Assembly (NCBI RefSeq): GCF_037042905.1
Contig: NC_087246.1
Span: 5,768,001-5,832,000, forward strand
DNA: 64,000 bases
Direction: 5' to 3'
Source of the DNA: Lytechinus pictus
Taxonomy: Eukaryota
Shown: positions 50,917-63,158 of the stretch, in pieces
Position numbering within the stretch: the first letter of the stretch is position 1
How the letters are laid out: the number at the start of each line of letters is the position of its first letter
Made by a program: the position numbers and the translations under genes
Notes under the pieces: model-generated
The model's database searches: none
What the model saw: the letters and a program-made list of their open reading frames with translations, nothing else
What the model was told of the DNA's origin: nothing

Positions 50917-53900
50917 TCAGAATACAGACCATAGAGTTTTCACATGAGGAATATACACACCTTGTAATTCTGGTAGATCTTGATAGAGATCAAGAGACTC
51001 TGGGTTTGAGAATGCTCCCCTCTGAACGATCTTCTCTCCAGCAATAATCTTCTTTACAGCAACCTCCACCTTCTTACCACTGATAGTATACTACAATACA
51101 AAGAAAAACATTAAACGTGTATAAAAATGATCAGTTCTAAAGTGTATTATGTATTCACAACCAAAACTGTGACAAACTTAATAAGCAAAAAACATTGTTA
51201 TGTGCATGTGAAAGACAAGGAGTAGCTATGAAAGGTGTGAATATGCAAAACAATATTGTCGAGAAATAACAGCCTCATGGAAGTTGCATTTCATCTATAA
51301 AACTGTCCATTATTAAACTACAACTCACATCTTCATACCATGTTCAGGTATCATGTTACAAATAGTGGTAGTAATATACGAGCTGTGATTGGTGCCACGT
51401 GCCCTCCCTTCAAAAAGTTATATTGTACATATGTACAATATAACTTTCGATTTTTGGAGGGTAAAACCTGTGCTAAATGAATGGGGATAATATCGATTAA
51501 TTTGTTTTGTAATCAATATATTTATATATCGATTCCCAACAGTAGCCTTTTTTCATTTCCCATCGCAGATAGAAATACAAATTTACGTGGTTTAACCCTT
51601 GCTGTAGACAAAAAATTTTGATTATTGATACCTATCGTAGGTGAAAGTTATCAGACACTTGTCCTGTCAATTTTTCACTGATCAATGACCGGCAAAAAAT
51701 TTCAAGAAAAACTTCAAAATGGATAATAACTGTCGATTTCCTTCCTTTACGGAAGAGGATCTTGCTTCCTTATAGACGACAAGTTTTCCATGCGGACTAA
51801 ATATATCGTGAGGTCGTATGATGCAGTGCCTCAGAACTGAACGGTTTTCTATAGTCTTTCTATGCCGAGCTCCGACAGGGTAACAGGGAGTGCTATGAGA
51901 AGAGGTCAATGATCACTCTTTGGTATGGCTTGCAGCGTCACTTTTTGAAGCACCGGCAATTCTATATCTGTAAAGATGCTGCATTCGAAGGATGTAATGA
52001 AATGTTCAAAGCCATACTCCACAAATTGAAGGCTGAGGGAAAAGGTGCAATTCGAAACAAGGACCCGGTTACACCTGAGGACATGAAAAAATCAGGGAGT
52101 CATTTGACATGACTGTACCAAAGAATTTGCAGAATAAGGTGTTCTTAGACCTCATGTTACATCTCTGCAACCGGGGCAGAGAAAATATTTGCCAAATGAA
52201 GAAAGATGATTTCGCTGTACAGACAGATTCAGCTAATCAACGATACATCCATGTTGTTCAAGATATGATTACCAAGAACCATCGCGGTGAACTTAATCAT
52301 GATGAAGAAAGCCAGGGTGGACGGATGTATGCAACTGGTAAGTCTGACTGCCCTGTAAACTTGTTTCTTGAATATCTCTTTCACCTCAGTAAAAACTGTG
52401 ATGCACTATGGCAGCGACCGAAGGCAAGAAGGCCTGCTCAGTCAGCTAGCCCTTGGTATGACAATGTACCTGTTGGTTTACATACTCTTGGAAACAAGAT
52501 GTCAGTGATATCGAAACAAGCACAATGCTCGAAAGTGTACACCAACCACTGCTTTCGTGCCACGGCCATCAACAAACTAGATAATGCTGGCTTTGAAGCT
52601 CGCCACATAATGGCAATTTCTGGCCATTGCTCTGAGAACAGCATCAAACATTATTCAAGAGTTGGAGAGGGTCAAAAGAGGAGAATGAGTTTGACCATCG
52701 CCAGTAACAATGAAGAGACAGCATCATGTTCTTAAACCTCTGCCAGAGAGGTACTTAGATCTTCAACTAGATCTAATTCTAAGGTCATCAGGATCTCTAG
52801 CACTGCCACTACTAGCAACGTTAATTGATCGCCTTCATCACCAGAGGTAAAAGCACTGTCATCACAACTTGTGATAAACAGTCAACCAACTTCCTCCCCT
52901 ATCAATATCATCTCTTCAGTTTCCTCTAAAATGCACCTCCACTTCCACAATTATAAGGTCAAAATAGTATGCAATCAACTTGAAACATACTAGACTAGGC
53001 CTAGGCCTTAACTGTCTACACCCAAGACTTATGTAAATATTTCTGTCATTCTAAACTCTTGGAATGTACCGTGGATTTATTTGGAGTTCATTCAACTAGG
53101 AGTTCGACTGTTTGGAGTTCATTTGTTGCTAATTGGAGTTCATCGTTCAAGTGTTAAATTGGAATTTCACAAAAATAACTAAGGAAAGTAGGACATATGC
53201 CATCTAGATCTACACTATGGTAAAAATCATGAAGGGGGACTTAGATCAAGGGATCTATTTACTATAATAAATAGTGAACGTTCTATCATACAATATTACT
53301 GGTCAATATGAACTCCAAATATAAAATTATCCCTCGTGCAGGTCTGTTTTGCGCTCGGGATAATTTCATATTTAATGCACATATAATCCAGTATATTGTA
53401 CACTATTTATATAATATGATCCTATTCATAAAGAAATTAGAGCCTATTGGTAATAAGCTTTCATACTATTCACACTTTTCAACGTACCTCTAATGGAATG
53501 AAGGAATTAAGAAACTAGCATGCTGACGGTGAAATTGAAATATACCATATGAGGGCTATCAGTGGCATACCTAGGATTTTCCACAGGGGGGGGCAAAACC
53601 GTCCGCCAAAAAAATTGACAAGCAAAAACCAAAAAAAAAAAAAAAAAAAAAGGTCTTCAATCACAAATATAGGATTTCGTACCAGAAAAAAAAATTGACA
53701 AGCAAAAAATAAAAAAATTAAAAAAAATAAAAATAAAAAATAAAATAAAGGTCTTCAAGCTCGTCAGGGGGGGCAAAAAAGGTCTTTCAAGCTCGTCAGG
53801 GGGGCAGGGATACGTACTTTGCATGGATACGTACCCCCCCTCCCCGTAGGTACGCTAGTGAGGGCTATTTTATCCTTCTAATAATTTCCATTTACATTTG

Positions 53901-56900
53901 GACTACCGTAAGTACCTTATGAAATCTTTTTCAATTCAGAAGAACCATTTGTTACTCTCTAGGGACATAGTTACAACGTATTTTATACTGCTCATTAGAA
54001 TTGGTACTGCAGCACTAGAAAACAACTCATGACTTAAATAGTTAGCACATTATGGCTTAATATTTGATGCACAGTACTGTTGTCTCTCTGGAGCCTAAAG
54101 TCCTACCAAGATACCTCAAAGTAGCTTGACCAGGATGTCGAATTGAACCTGTAAAACAAACCACCCCTCTAATTATTTATTTTCCATTATGTTATATCTT
54201 CATTAGTATGAACTCACTGGAATGTCTTTGGTCTCCAGAATAAGGGCAGGCACATGCCGGGCTGATAGTTCAGACCTGATTTGAACTTTGACTCTCTTGA
54301 CCAGATCCTGGTCAAAGGTCATTCCTGGGGCCATCTTGAGAAAGAGAATAACACGCTCCTCATTGACAGCATTCCTCTGAGGAACACATAGACTGTCTTG
54401 GATCTCCTTCACACGTTCAACTAATGAAAACAAGAAAATGAAGAGGAAAAAGAGGAGAAAGAGGAAATAAAAGAGAAGAAGAGGAGGAGGGAGGATAACA
54501 AGAAGATACAAAAATAAGATGAGAATGTTAAAGAATGAGGAGTTTAGCATAACGACATCCTATGCTCAAAGAGAAAATATTGTATGCATGGAGGTTTAAT
54601 GCAGTGGATTCCTTGTGACTGTGGCCAACAAGTACTGCCAACACTGGCTTGCAATGTCTTTAATACAAGGCACCTATCAAAGTGTCTTCATTTGTAACAG
54701 TATCAATAGACAATGGACAGAAAAGAAATCTGAAATATTTCATTAATGCTTACCAATGTTGTAAATATCTGAACTTCCAAATCTGACACCATTTGGATTC
54801 AGAGTCCCATCACTGTGAGTAAGAGCAAAGGAAAAAATTAAAAAGATTATTACTTTTTCTAATCAAAGCAAACACTAGATTCTTTACAGGGCTATCATAC
54901 AAATATGTCAAGATTCAAATATGAGGAAGAAACTGTATATTGTACATCTCATGACATACAATTCAAACAAAGACATTTCAATGATATTAAGATATATAAA
55001 ATAAAATAATTATGTAAGTGAATAAAAGAATATATATCCTACATAGATTAAATCCTGTATGCTGATTGAAATAGCAATCATGTGACAAAACATATTCTCA
55101 CTTTTTTGCGATGATGTTAAAAATGAAACACCCACTGAAGAAAATTTACTATTCTGTGACGTCAATGATGGAATATAGCACTATTCCGTCATTGAAGTCA
55201 TGGATCATGCAATCTCTCGGACGCACCAGCCAGCGAAGTGCCACTACCGGGCAAGTCCCCTGAAGGGTTGGCGCAGGTACTAATTTGCATTCCGCTGAGC
55301 ACGTGGCTTCAGGAAAATTAGGTCAGTTGGCGCAGCGCGTTATCTTTATTTTGGTTCAGATTATCAAGATCTATTGTTTTGACTTGTTAAAAGTAGGATA
55401 TAAAACAAATATACCAGGCCTTTATTTCAGAAGTATAGAGGGAATAATTCATCCTCGGTTGTACTGGCAAAATTACTATTTTCCCTAGGGGCTTCACTAC
55501 TCGGGAAAAATAGTAATGCCCGTCCAACCTCAGACAAATAATTCCCGCTATACTCAAAGCCTGGTATATTTGTATAATATACATGTACATATATAACAAA
55601 TATTAGTAACTGTACATGTAGCTTGGTCAGGGAGGGAGACCCTTAGGTCAAAGTTATCAAGTTAGCTTTCCCAATCCCAGGCAGCTAAGATACATGCACC
55701 CACGCATGGTTCTGTTTCATTCATACATTGTTGAATTGTTTTTTTATTGCATTGCGGAATTCCTATTAAATAAATGAATAAATCACTAATAAAAGCAAGT
55801 TTTAAAATCATGATTTATAGATAGGTAAATAAATCACTTTCTTAAATTTACAATTGAAAATAATTATTTTACATTATTAATTGAAAATATCTAGAGCTTC
55901 TGCTCTTTTAAAGAAAACATGCTAAAATAGAAACTACGCTTTCTTTCATCAAGTAATCAGGTTATCTTGGTGATACACCTCTGAGTATTCATACTGTAGC
56001 ACAGTACACCAGTACGAAATAATAGAGCTCATTAGTTGAGAAAATCTTACCTGCGCCCCTGCATGTAAATTCCTTTTGTCTTGGGATTAATCGTACAAAA
56101 ATCACCATGAGCCCAAACACCTATACAGAAAGACAATCAAAATTTTCAGGCAATTACTGACAGATAGTTTCCTCATTTTTATGGCAAATCATCATTTATT
56201 CCCTCAAGTCAATACTCAAGTGACCCCTCTTATTTTTAATCTAAACAAAACCAAAGAATTGTATCATTATAGTCATGCACCACAGGGCGTTTCATAGGAT
56301 TGTTTTTAGAGTTGCACATGACTCTATGAACACCTGCAGTTTAAAATGTGAACTAAAGGTTTTTGTGTCTCATTTTGAGGAAAGTAGGAAAGTTCTTCTA
56401 ATAATCTGATTTAATCATAAACTTTAAATACAACAGGCATGTAAGGGGAGGTTATACCAGTCATTTGTAACCATGCATCATTTTACTTTTATTTTGTATC
56501 ATAAATGTAGTCAATCAAGGTATCAACCATGACAGGCCAATGACTTCTATTAATCCTCATCCAAACCTCATCTCTCTCTTACACATTACCATGTAGATAA
56601 TTATTGTTTTAATATGTATTATTTTCAAATATCTTGAAAATTTTCTGTTGAATATAATTGAATTTGAAAATTGAATTTCATTTAATTTACATACAACTCT
56701 GTGAAAGAGTTCTAATCATCTGATCTATCCTCTTAAAATTCCATGAGAAATTGACAAAGTAACCTTTTCAATATCAATTTACCTCTGAATTTAGCAAAGT
56801 AAGCCTTCTTGTATTTGAATCCATCAGTATCATTCCAAAAGTGAGTTGGCATGCATGGGAATGGTTTTATACAAACCAACTCTCCACTCTCTCCATATAC

Positions 56901-59900
56901 TGGTTTGCCTGAAAACACAAAGATAACATTAGATGCGGGTTCGCATATAGTATGGCACTGCAGTCCACTGCAAAATGAAAGCCATATTCAATACATTCAC
57001 CTGTGCACAATTAAAATGTGCATATTCCCTAGTTTCAAGGCAAATATAAATTCACTTTTTCCATAGCAAATAAAGACTATTAATGAAAACTTAATATCTT
57101 AGGATAAATTCTGTGTTAGTGGAAAGGTACAAAGTGTACATAAAACGAACAAAAGTGAGAGTACAAGAAACATACACAATCCATCAAAGGAATAAGAAGG
57201 TAACCACTGGCCTTTATAACATAGACTGTAAACAGACAAGGAAATATTCATGGAATATAAGAGGAATATGTCTAGTTGGCTTTGTAATTAAAAGTTTGTC
57301 TTATTTCATCAACCTTAACAATAGTAATTATTTTATTTTCATTTTTACAAATGATACAAGCAATTTGTACCTTCTTCGCTCCATGATTCAATAGCCATTC
57401 CTAGATTCCTAGCCTGGATCTCTCCTCTGTAAACCGGTACTGTCCAGTTCTGACCAGCAAAGCATGAGATCAGATCAGTCCCACCTAGAGAGAACAAGCA
57501 ACATGATGGATCATTATTTTTTTCCAAACATACAATTGTAATCATATGACTGCCATATCTTCTTTCTTATTGATGACAATGATAATAAGGCCAATCATGA
57601 AAGTTCATCTGTGTTGGTAAAAGATAACGATTTTGTTGAACTTTGGTTCACAACACAAAAAACAGAAAATAACGAAGAGTTACCTCGAAATTTTCGGCTG
57701 CTAACTGCAACCTTCGTCAGCGATGTGACCCGATTTGACCTTAGTGATGTAATGGTCGATGATCGGGTCGTAGACATTCGGAAGCTTGTATTGCCCCCTG
57801 TCTCTGTTGAGAGAAGGTCTGAACGCCCGGATGAAGATGGCCTCTTTCACACCTCTCTCGAAGTACCGCGGCTCCCTGTCCAGCACTTGTACCTTGTTGA
57901 TGTCAACACGATGGCCAGGGGATTCGATGTGGATGTGCTGAGACCCGATCTACGACCCGATCATCGACCATTACGTCACTAAGGTCAAATCGGGTCACAT
58001 CGCTGACGAAGGTTGCAGTTAGCATCCAAAAATTTTGAGGTAACTCTTCGTTATTTTCTGTTTTTTGTGTTGTGAACCAAAGTTCGACAAAATCGATAAT
58101 AAGGCCAAGTATGTTTCTCAATCAGGTTTATTTCTATTGTGTTTAAAGAAGGGTGTATTATTTTCTCTTGTTTGTTGATCAATTTTTAATGTGCATTAAT
58201 TATTTCATCCCGGTGATATTATAAGTATGTAAATCTACATGTAAGTTAGACCCATGTCAAAGTCTAGCTACAATTATCATTTCTTTAACATTATCAGAGT
58301 GTACTGTTCTACAAACATTTAAAGATACCTCTCAGGATTTTTCATGTCACTTTTTCAATATGTTGACATTTATCTAGTGTTTACATGTATATGTGACATT
58401 TATCTTGTGTTTATATGATCCAATATCTGATTCATTTTAAAGAATCATCATCCTATTATTTCCAGCGGATAGCAAGTAGGGTCCTGCAGTTTGTAAATCA
58501 TCAGCTAAAACCTACAAAATTTTTGAAATAAGAATTGCTTTTAATGTAACATTAGCATAAGGTGAAAAGTTAGCATCATAGCCTAACCTGTTATTGAGCC
58601 CAGTAGAAGGTCTTCTTTCACACATGAATACACATAGTCATATGAAGCAGGGGTCAAAGGTGAACCAGTAGACAGTATCGTATGAAGCTTCTCAAGTCTA
58701 TGTGTTTTTCCTGCAACAAGGACCAAGAAAATTAACAAACTGTTTCAAAAAAATTTCCAGATAAACATGAGTAAACATCAAGAACAGTTCACAATGTGTA
58801 TAAGGCATATCTTTGTGAAAATATATAATAAAAAAAAAACATTAACAGCCATTGCTAATGATTATGATTTGATCTGTGGTTTAATATGAATAATAAAAAA
58901 GGTTCAACAATGAATACAAGCTATGATTCTGAACACAATTAGAGGGACCACTCCATCAAGAAGGCACTATTTTTTTAATTTGATTACTTCATATCTTAAC
59001 AATACAAATGTAGCTTTTTTCGCATTAAAGGTCAAGCTCACATAAGAAAAATGTTGATTGAAATAAATAGAAAATAATCAGACAAGAATTATGCTGAAAA
59101 TTTCATCAAAATCGGATGTAAAATAAGAAAGTTATGACATTTTGAAGTTGCGCTTATTTTTCACAACTTAGTTATATGCACAATTTAGTCACATGCGAAT
59201 GAGAGAATCAATGATGTCCCTCACTCACTATTTCTTTTTTTTTATTGTTTGAATTACACAATATTTCAATTTTTACAGATTTGAAAATAAGGACCAACTT
59301 GACTGAACCATGAAATGTTAAACAATGGTAGTTCCACATGTTCAGGGGATAATAAAACTTTGTTTCAAAGGACAATAAGGCAAAAATTAGAATATTTCAT
59401 ACAATAAAATACAAAAGAAATAGTGAGTGAGTGATATCATCAGTTCCCTCATTTGCATACCAACCGGGATGTGCATATAACTGTTTTGTAAAATTAAGCG
59501 AAACTTTGAATGTCATAACTTTCTTATTTTACATCTGATTTTGATGAAATTTTCAGTGTTGTGTTTGTTGGATTTTCTCCCTTTATTCAAATCAACTTTT
59601 TTTTGGGGTGGACGTGTCCGTATAAAAACTATGCGCACATCATCATGTATTAAGTTTATGTGCATCAGAAATATCAAATATGTTCATTATAAATTTTAAT
59701 TTTTTAGATACAAAATTATTTGAGATCTTGATGGGAACTTGTTTACAGATGAGTAAAATAACATATGTATGCCCACTTGGCACAAATTTACTGGTACGTA
59801 TGCTTAGGCCTGAAAATTATTCATTATCATATGACACTTACTTGGATGTACTCCTTTATCTTGAAGTACAGAGAGCCATTTAGCACCAGTTCCCAAGATG

Positions 59901-62900
59901 GAAATGCTAGCAAAATAGAATACCGGGGAAACAATTAGAAACAAAACATCATTACACAAACTATAATCATAAATGCAGTATCATACTAGTCAACAAAATT
60001 GGTAAGGGAGCATCCAAAAGGAAACCTAGAGATGAAGAAAAGAAAAGAGGTCAGAAAAGAAATGACTAAGTAAGACATGAACCAGGATATGAAAAAGATA
60101 ATTACATAATTATAATACATTTATAGATGCACATGTAGTATTCATTAACAATGATAATTTGGATTTGCAGTTAGCTATTAATCACATATACTACCAAATA
60201 TATAATAGGATTTCAATACAAGTACATCATGATTAAAGGTCGCAATATAAAATAGATGTACACTTGTATAAAATCTGGTAGTATTTATTCTTTGAATGCA
60301 TTGAACACTGGAAATGTTGGCTCGGGCTTAAGCCGGGATAATACATAGCAAAACTGAATAGACAACTAGATTTGGAGCTTATAATAACCCAAGACCAGAA
60401 TGGCCTCTATGCCCTTTTATTGGCCTTGGAAAAAAATAATGTGCTTTGGCCTATAGAAAAGTGGTCTTGCTCCCCAAAATATTGAAATTTTAAGTCCTGC
60501 TAGATAAATGACATAATATAAATTTATGTAACAACCAAGGACTATCGACTTACTCTAACATGTCTATGAGGTCCCAAAGTACATTAGGTCCAGGAACTAA
60601 AGGTGATCCATCATAGAGGACTACACCGCTGCCTACAGCCAAGCCAGAGACTAGCCAGTTCCACATCATCCATCCAGTCTAAGACAAGCACAAAATAAAT
60701 GCTATGTTCATTAACTGTCTTCTTGCAAAAAGTGCAGGATGTCCAGAAAAAAAATCAAAGCCAGTCTGCCAATCCCCCTTTGTCATGTTTTAAAATCTTT
60801 ATTTTTTGTTTTGGCCAAGTTGGGTTTTTTGTTGAACTACCATCATAACTTGAAACATGGACATAAGAGTAATCAAGTATCACTGAACATCCTGTGCGAG
60901 TTTCAGGTCACATGATCAAGGTCAAAGGTCATGTAAGGTCAATGAACTTTGGCCATGTTGGAGGTAATTATGAAATTGCTGTCAAAACTTTCAAAGTTTA
61001 TGGATATAGTTTATGAATTGTGGACATAGGGGTAATCAAGTATCACTGACAAGTCTTAGGTCACATGATCAAGGTAAAATGTCATTCAGGGTCAATGAAC
61101 GTAGTATTGTATCATTATATGAATGGTGTTTTTTGTGAATAAGTATTTTATAGTAGTTTTCAAAATCAGCACTGCTGCTATAGTGAATGGCATAAATGCA
61201 GGTGAGACTGCAAGAGGCACTCCACTTGTTATATTGACTCCCCCAACATGGTCTAAGTTCATTGACCCTAAATGAACTTTGACCTTGGTCATATGACTTG
61301 AAACTCGCACAGGATGTTCAGTCATACTTGATTAATCTTATGTCCAGGTTTCATGAACTAGGTCCATAAACTTTTTAAGTTATGCTGTCATTTCAAAAAC
61401 TTAACCTTCGGTTAAGATTTGATGTTGACGCCGCCACTGTCGCCGCCGCCGTCTAAAAAGCGGCGCCTATAGTCTCACTCTGCTATGCAGGTGAGACAAA
61501 AATTATAAAATAGCAGATATTCTATTCTGCAATTTTGAGGTAACATTGATAAATATATGCAACAAATGCATTTTTATTTTATACCCTTTACATCATAACC
61601 ATCCAAGGGCATAAACATTTATTTCATCTAGTAATGAATCAGGACAGTGACATGTACGAATAGGAGATTCACCAAAACTAAAGATAGGCTTTAAATTGTC
61701 TGGAGAAACTTAAAGTTTGGGCTTACATTGTGACATTCTGTACTCCGGGCATCTGTAAAATAACGTGTAAGTTTAAGAAACAGTCCCCGGGGGGAGGGAG
61801 GGGGACCGGTACTCCAAAAACTTGTGAGTTGAAACTCATAGAAGCATTCACTTCATACGAATGCTCTCATGAACTTCCAAGAAGTTGGATATTATAATCA
61901 CCATGCTTACCGTTGTATAATAAATGATGTTGTCTTCTCTTCTCATATTGCCATGGAGTATGTGCTCTTTCAGATGCTGAATAAGTGTGCCCTGGATAAA
62001 ACAAACAAAGTAATTACTATATCTGCAGCAATTATACTTTTAGCATATGTACCAAAATAAATACATATCAAGAAAGGTAGCCTAAATAAATTGAGGTTAA
62101 TGATTGAATTGTGTATCTTCATGCCTTGATTTCATTTGCATATAATACACTATAATAGTACTATATTAGCATATAATATCATTACACAACTATTCAAAAA
62201 ATAAATTATCAGGAGCATCTACATAATGAAGGGTGTGGTCAAAACATACCCCTGCAGAATGGACCATGCACTTTGGTACTCCTGTGGTGCCAGATGAATA
62301 CATAATGAAGAGAGGATGGTTGAAGGGTAACTGTTCAAACTCCAATGGTGGGAAGGTGCCATCTGTCTCCTGACCAGACGCCAAAAATTCTGGCAAAAAT
62401 GTGCTGCAAAACATGACAATTCAGATTGGAAAGTCTTTGCCTGAATGCAAGAACTGGTGATGTTTTGTCACAATCTTGTTATCTTGTAACAATGTAATGT
62501 TTATATCTTTATTATATCATCTCTTAGTTACTTGCCTTGTGTGACCAATCAATATCATACAACCTACTCTCACACACTCCTCTTTATTCTGCATTTTATT
62601 TTTTGTACTTGGAAAGTAGTAATCAATTTGAAGTGAAATGCACAATTGTATCTTTTGGAATTTATTCATTTAGGAAAAAAATAGATTTGCAGGCTACAAT
62701 CGGCTATTGGACGCAAATAACTGTAATTAAACTGTTACAGACTGATTCAGAAAGGGACACAGGGTCAAAACTACGTAATGGCTTTTAGTTTGTGATGATT
62801 AGGAACAGTCTCCAAATGCAAATAATCATATCTGATTGATACACTTATGTTAAGATTAAGTTATATAAACACACAAACACACACACACATGTTATTTCAT

Positions 62901-63158
62901 CAATTTCTGTGTAGTGTGTAGTCTAAGTACCATTTAGTTCAGACTTTATAAAACAATTTACCTATTTGGAATGTTTGAGAGGTCAAGTTCAGCCGGTGCT
63001 CTGACGTAGGGTATGACAACAACCTTCTCCAGTTCCGGGAGTCCATCTACGACCTGCCTTAGCTTAGCAAGGTGGTCATGGGTCTTGCCATTATAGATGA
63101 CAGCATCCACAGAGAAGATTACCTTTGGTTTGATCTGTTTGAACCTATCCAACACACC
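50917..63158 (-). CDS. AACS: Acetoacetyl-CoA synthetase, 3' part (12 coding exons; upstream exons outside the window)
   Basis: GT-AG exons in phase: 62962-63158, 62250-62403, 61911-61991, 60554-60678, 59842-59906, 58588-58710, 57371-57484, 56783-56908, 56051-56120, 54754-54812, 54218-54420, 50917(or 50961)-51090. Motifs: [41 protein letters not shown] (AMP-binding loop), [70 protein letters not shown]. Confidence 0.95.
51719..52980 (+). pseudogene. Crypton-type tyrosine recombinase (DUF3504-like) relic in the AACS intron 51091-54217
   Basis: ORFs 51909-52112 and 52109-52735 join if one A is added to the A6 run at 52086-52091. Motifs: [70 protein letters not shown]. The N-terminal [15 protein letters not shown] is broken by a stop, and an [12 protein letters not shown] tail lies after a stop. 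Confidence 0.85.
53289..53400. repeat. Imperfect palindrome, probable right end of the Crypton element
   Basis: TACAATATTACTGG (53289) pairs with CCAGTATATTGTA (53388-53400); inner AAATTATCCC pairs with GGGATAATTT. Confidence 0.55.
53560..53860 (+). mobile_element. Short MITE (CAGTGGCATACC...GGTACGCTAGTG)
   Basis: Imperfect TIRs; AGGGCTAT appears on both flanks (8-bp TSD-like, hAT-type); homologous to 46402-46570. Confidence 0.72.
55405..55575. repeat. ~170-bp imperfect palindrome (end of a small non-autonomous element spanning ~55060-55580)
   Basis: Nested arms ACAAATATACCAGGC/GCCTGGTATATTTGT, AGTATAGAGGGAAT/ATTCCCGCTATACT and TTACTATTTTCCC/GGGAAAAATAGTAA; a second hairpin lies at ~55157-55199. 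Confidence 0.75.
57595..58094 (-). mobile_element. Penelope-like retroelement (PLE) 3' fragment with inverted pseudo-LTRs, in an AACS intron
   Basis: Minus-strand frame [62 protein letters not shown] matches the C-terminus of the PLE GIY-YIG endonuclease. About 145-bp inverted arms at ~57627-57772 and ~57949-58095; 14-bp TSD GATAATAAGGCCAA at 57581-57594 and 58095-58108. Confidence 0.88.
57677..57731 (-). ncRNA. Minimal type I hammerhead ribozyme motif (PLE-associated)
   Basis: Minus strand reads GGGTCACATCG-CTGACGA-A-GGTTGC-AGTTA-GCAGCC-GAAA-ATTT-CGAGGTAACTC: CUGANGA box, 6-bp stem II (one G-U), GAAA box, palindromic rudimentary stem III and an imperfect stem I. Confidence 0.72.
59025..59625. 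mobile_element. TTAA-type (Kolobok-like) MITE with long imperfect TIRs
   Basis: Begins TTAAAGG; CTGAAAATTTCATCAAAATCGGATGTAAAATAAGAAAGTTATGACATT (~59094) is mirrored by AATGTCATAACTTTCTTATTTTACATCTGATTTTGATGAAATTTTCAG (~59509). Confidence 0.72.
60845..61500. mobile_element. Rearranged second copy of family A (5' half inverted)
   Basis: ~60845-61230 is the reverse complement of the start of the 25068 element (ending ...GCAGGTGAGACTGCAAGAGGCACTCCACTTGT); ~61235-61500 matches its 3' end in forward orientation. Confidence 0.78.

Noticed and set aside
52109..52735. Domesticated DUF3504 host gene (KCTD1/ZMYM/QRICH1-like)
   Set aside because: It is intronless, lies inside another gene's intron, has stops and a frameshift in the flanking coding parts, and has a transposon-like terminal palindrome.
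57611..57982. 123-aa plus-strand ORF and the similar 57903-58121 minus-strand ORF
   Set aside because: These are antisense readings of the Penelope fragment; their shared peptide only reflects the inverted repeat.
57991..58045. Second hammerhead copy on the plus strand
   Set aside because: The GAAA box is reduced to AAAA and stem II has a mismatch, so it is predicted inactive and not called as a ribozyme.
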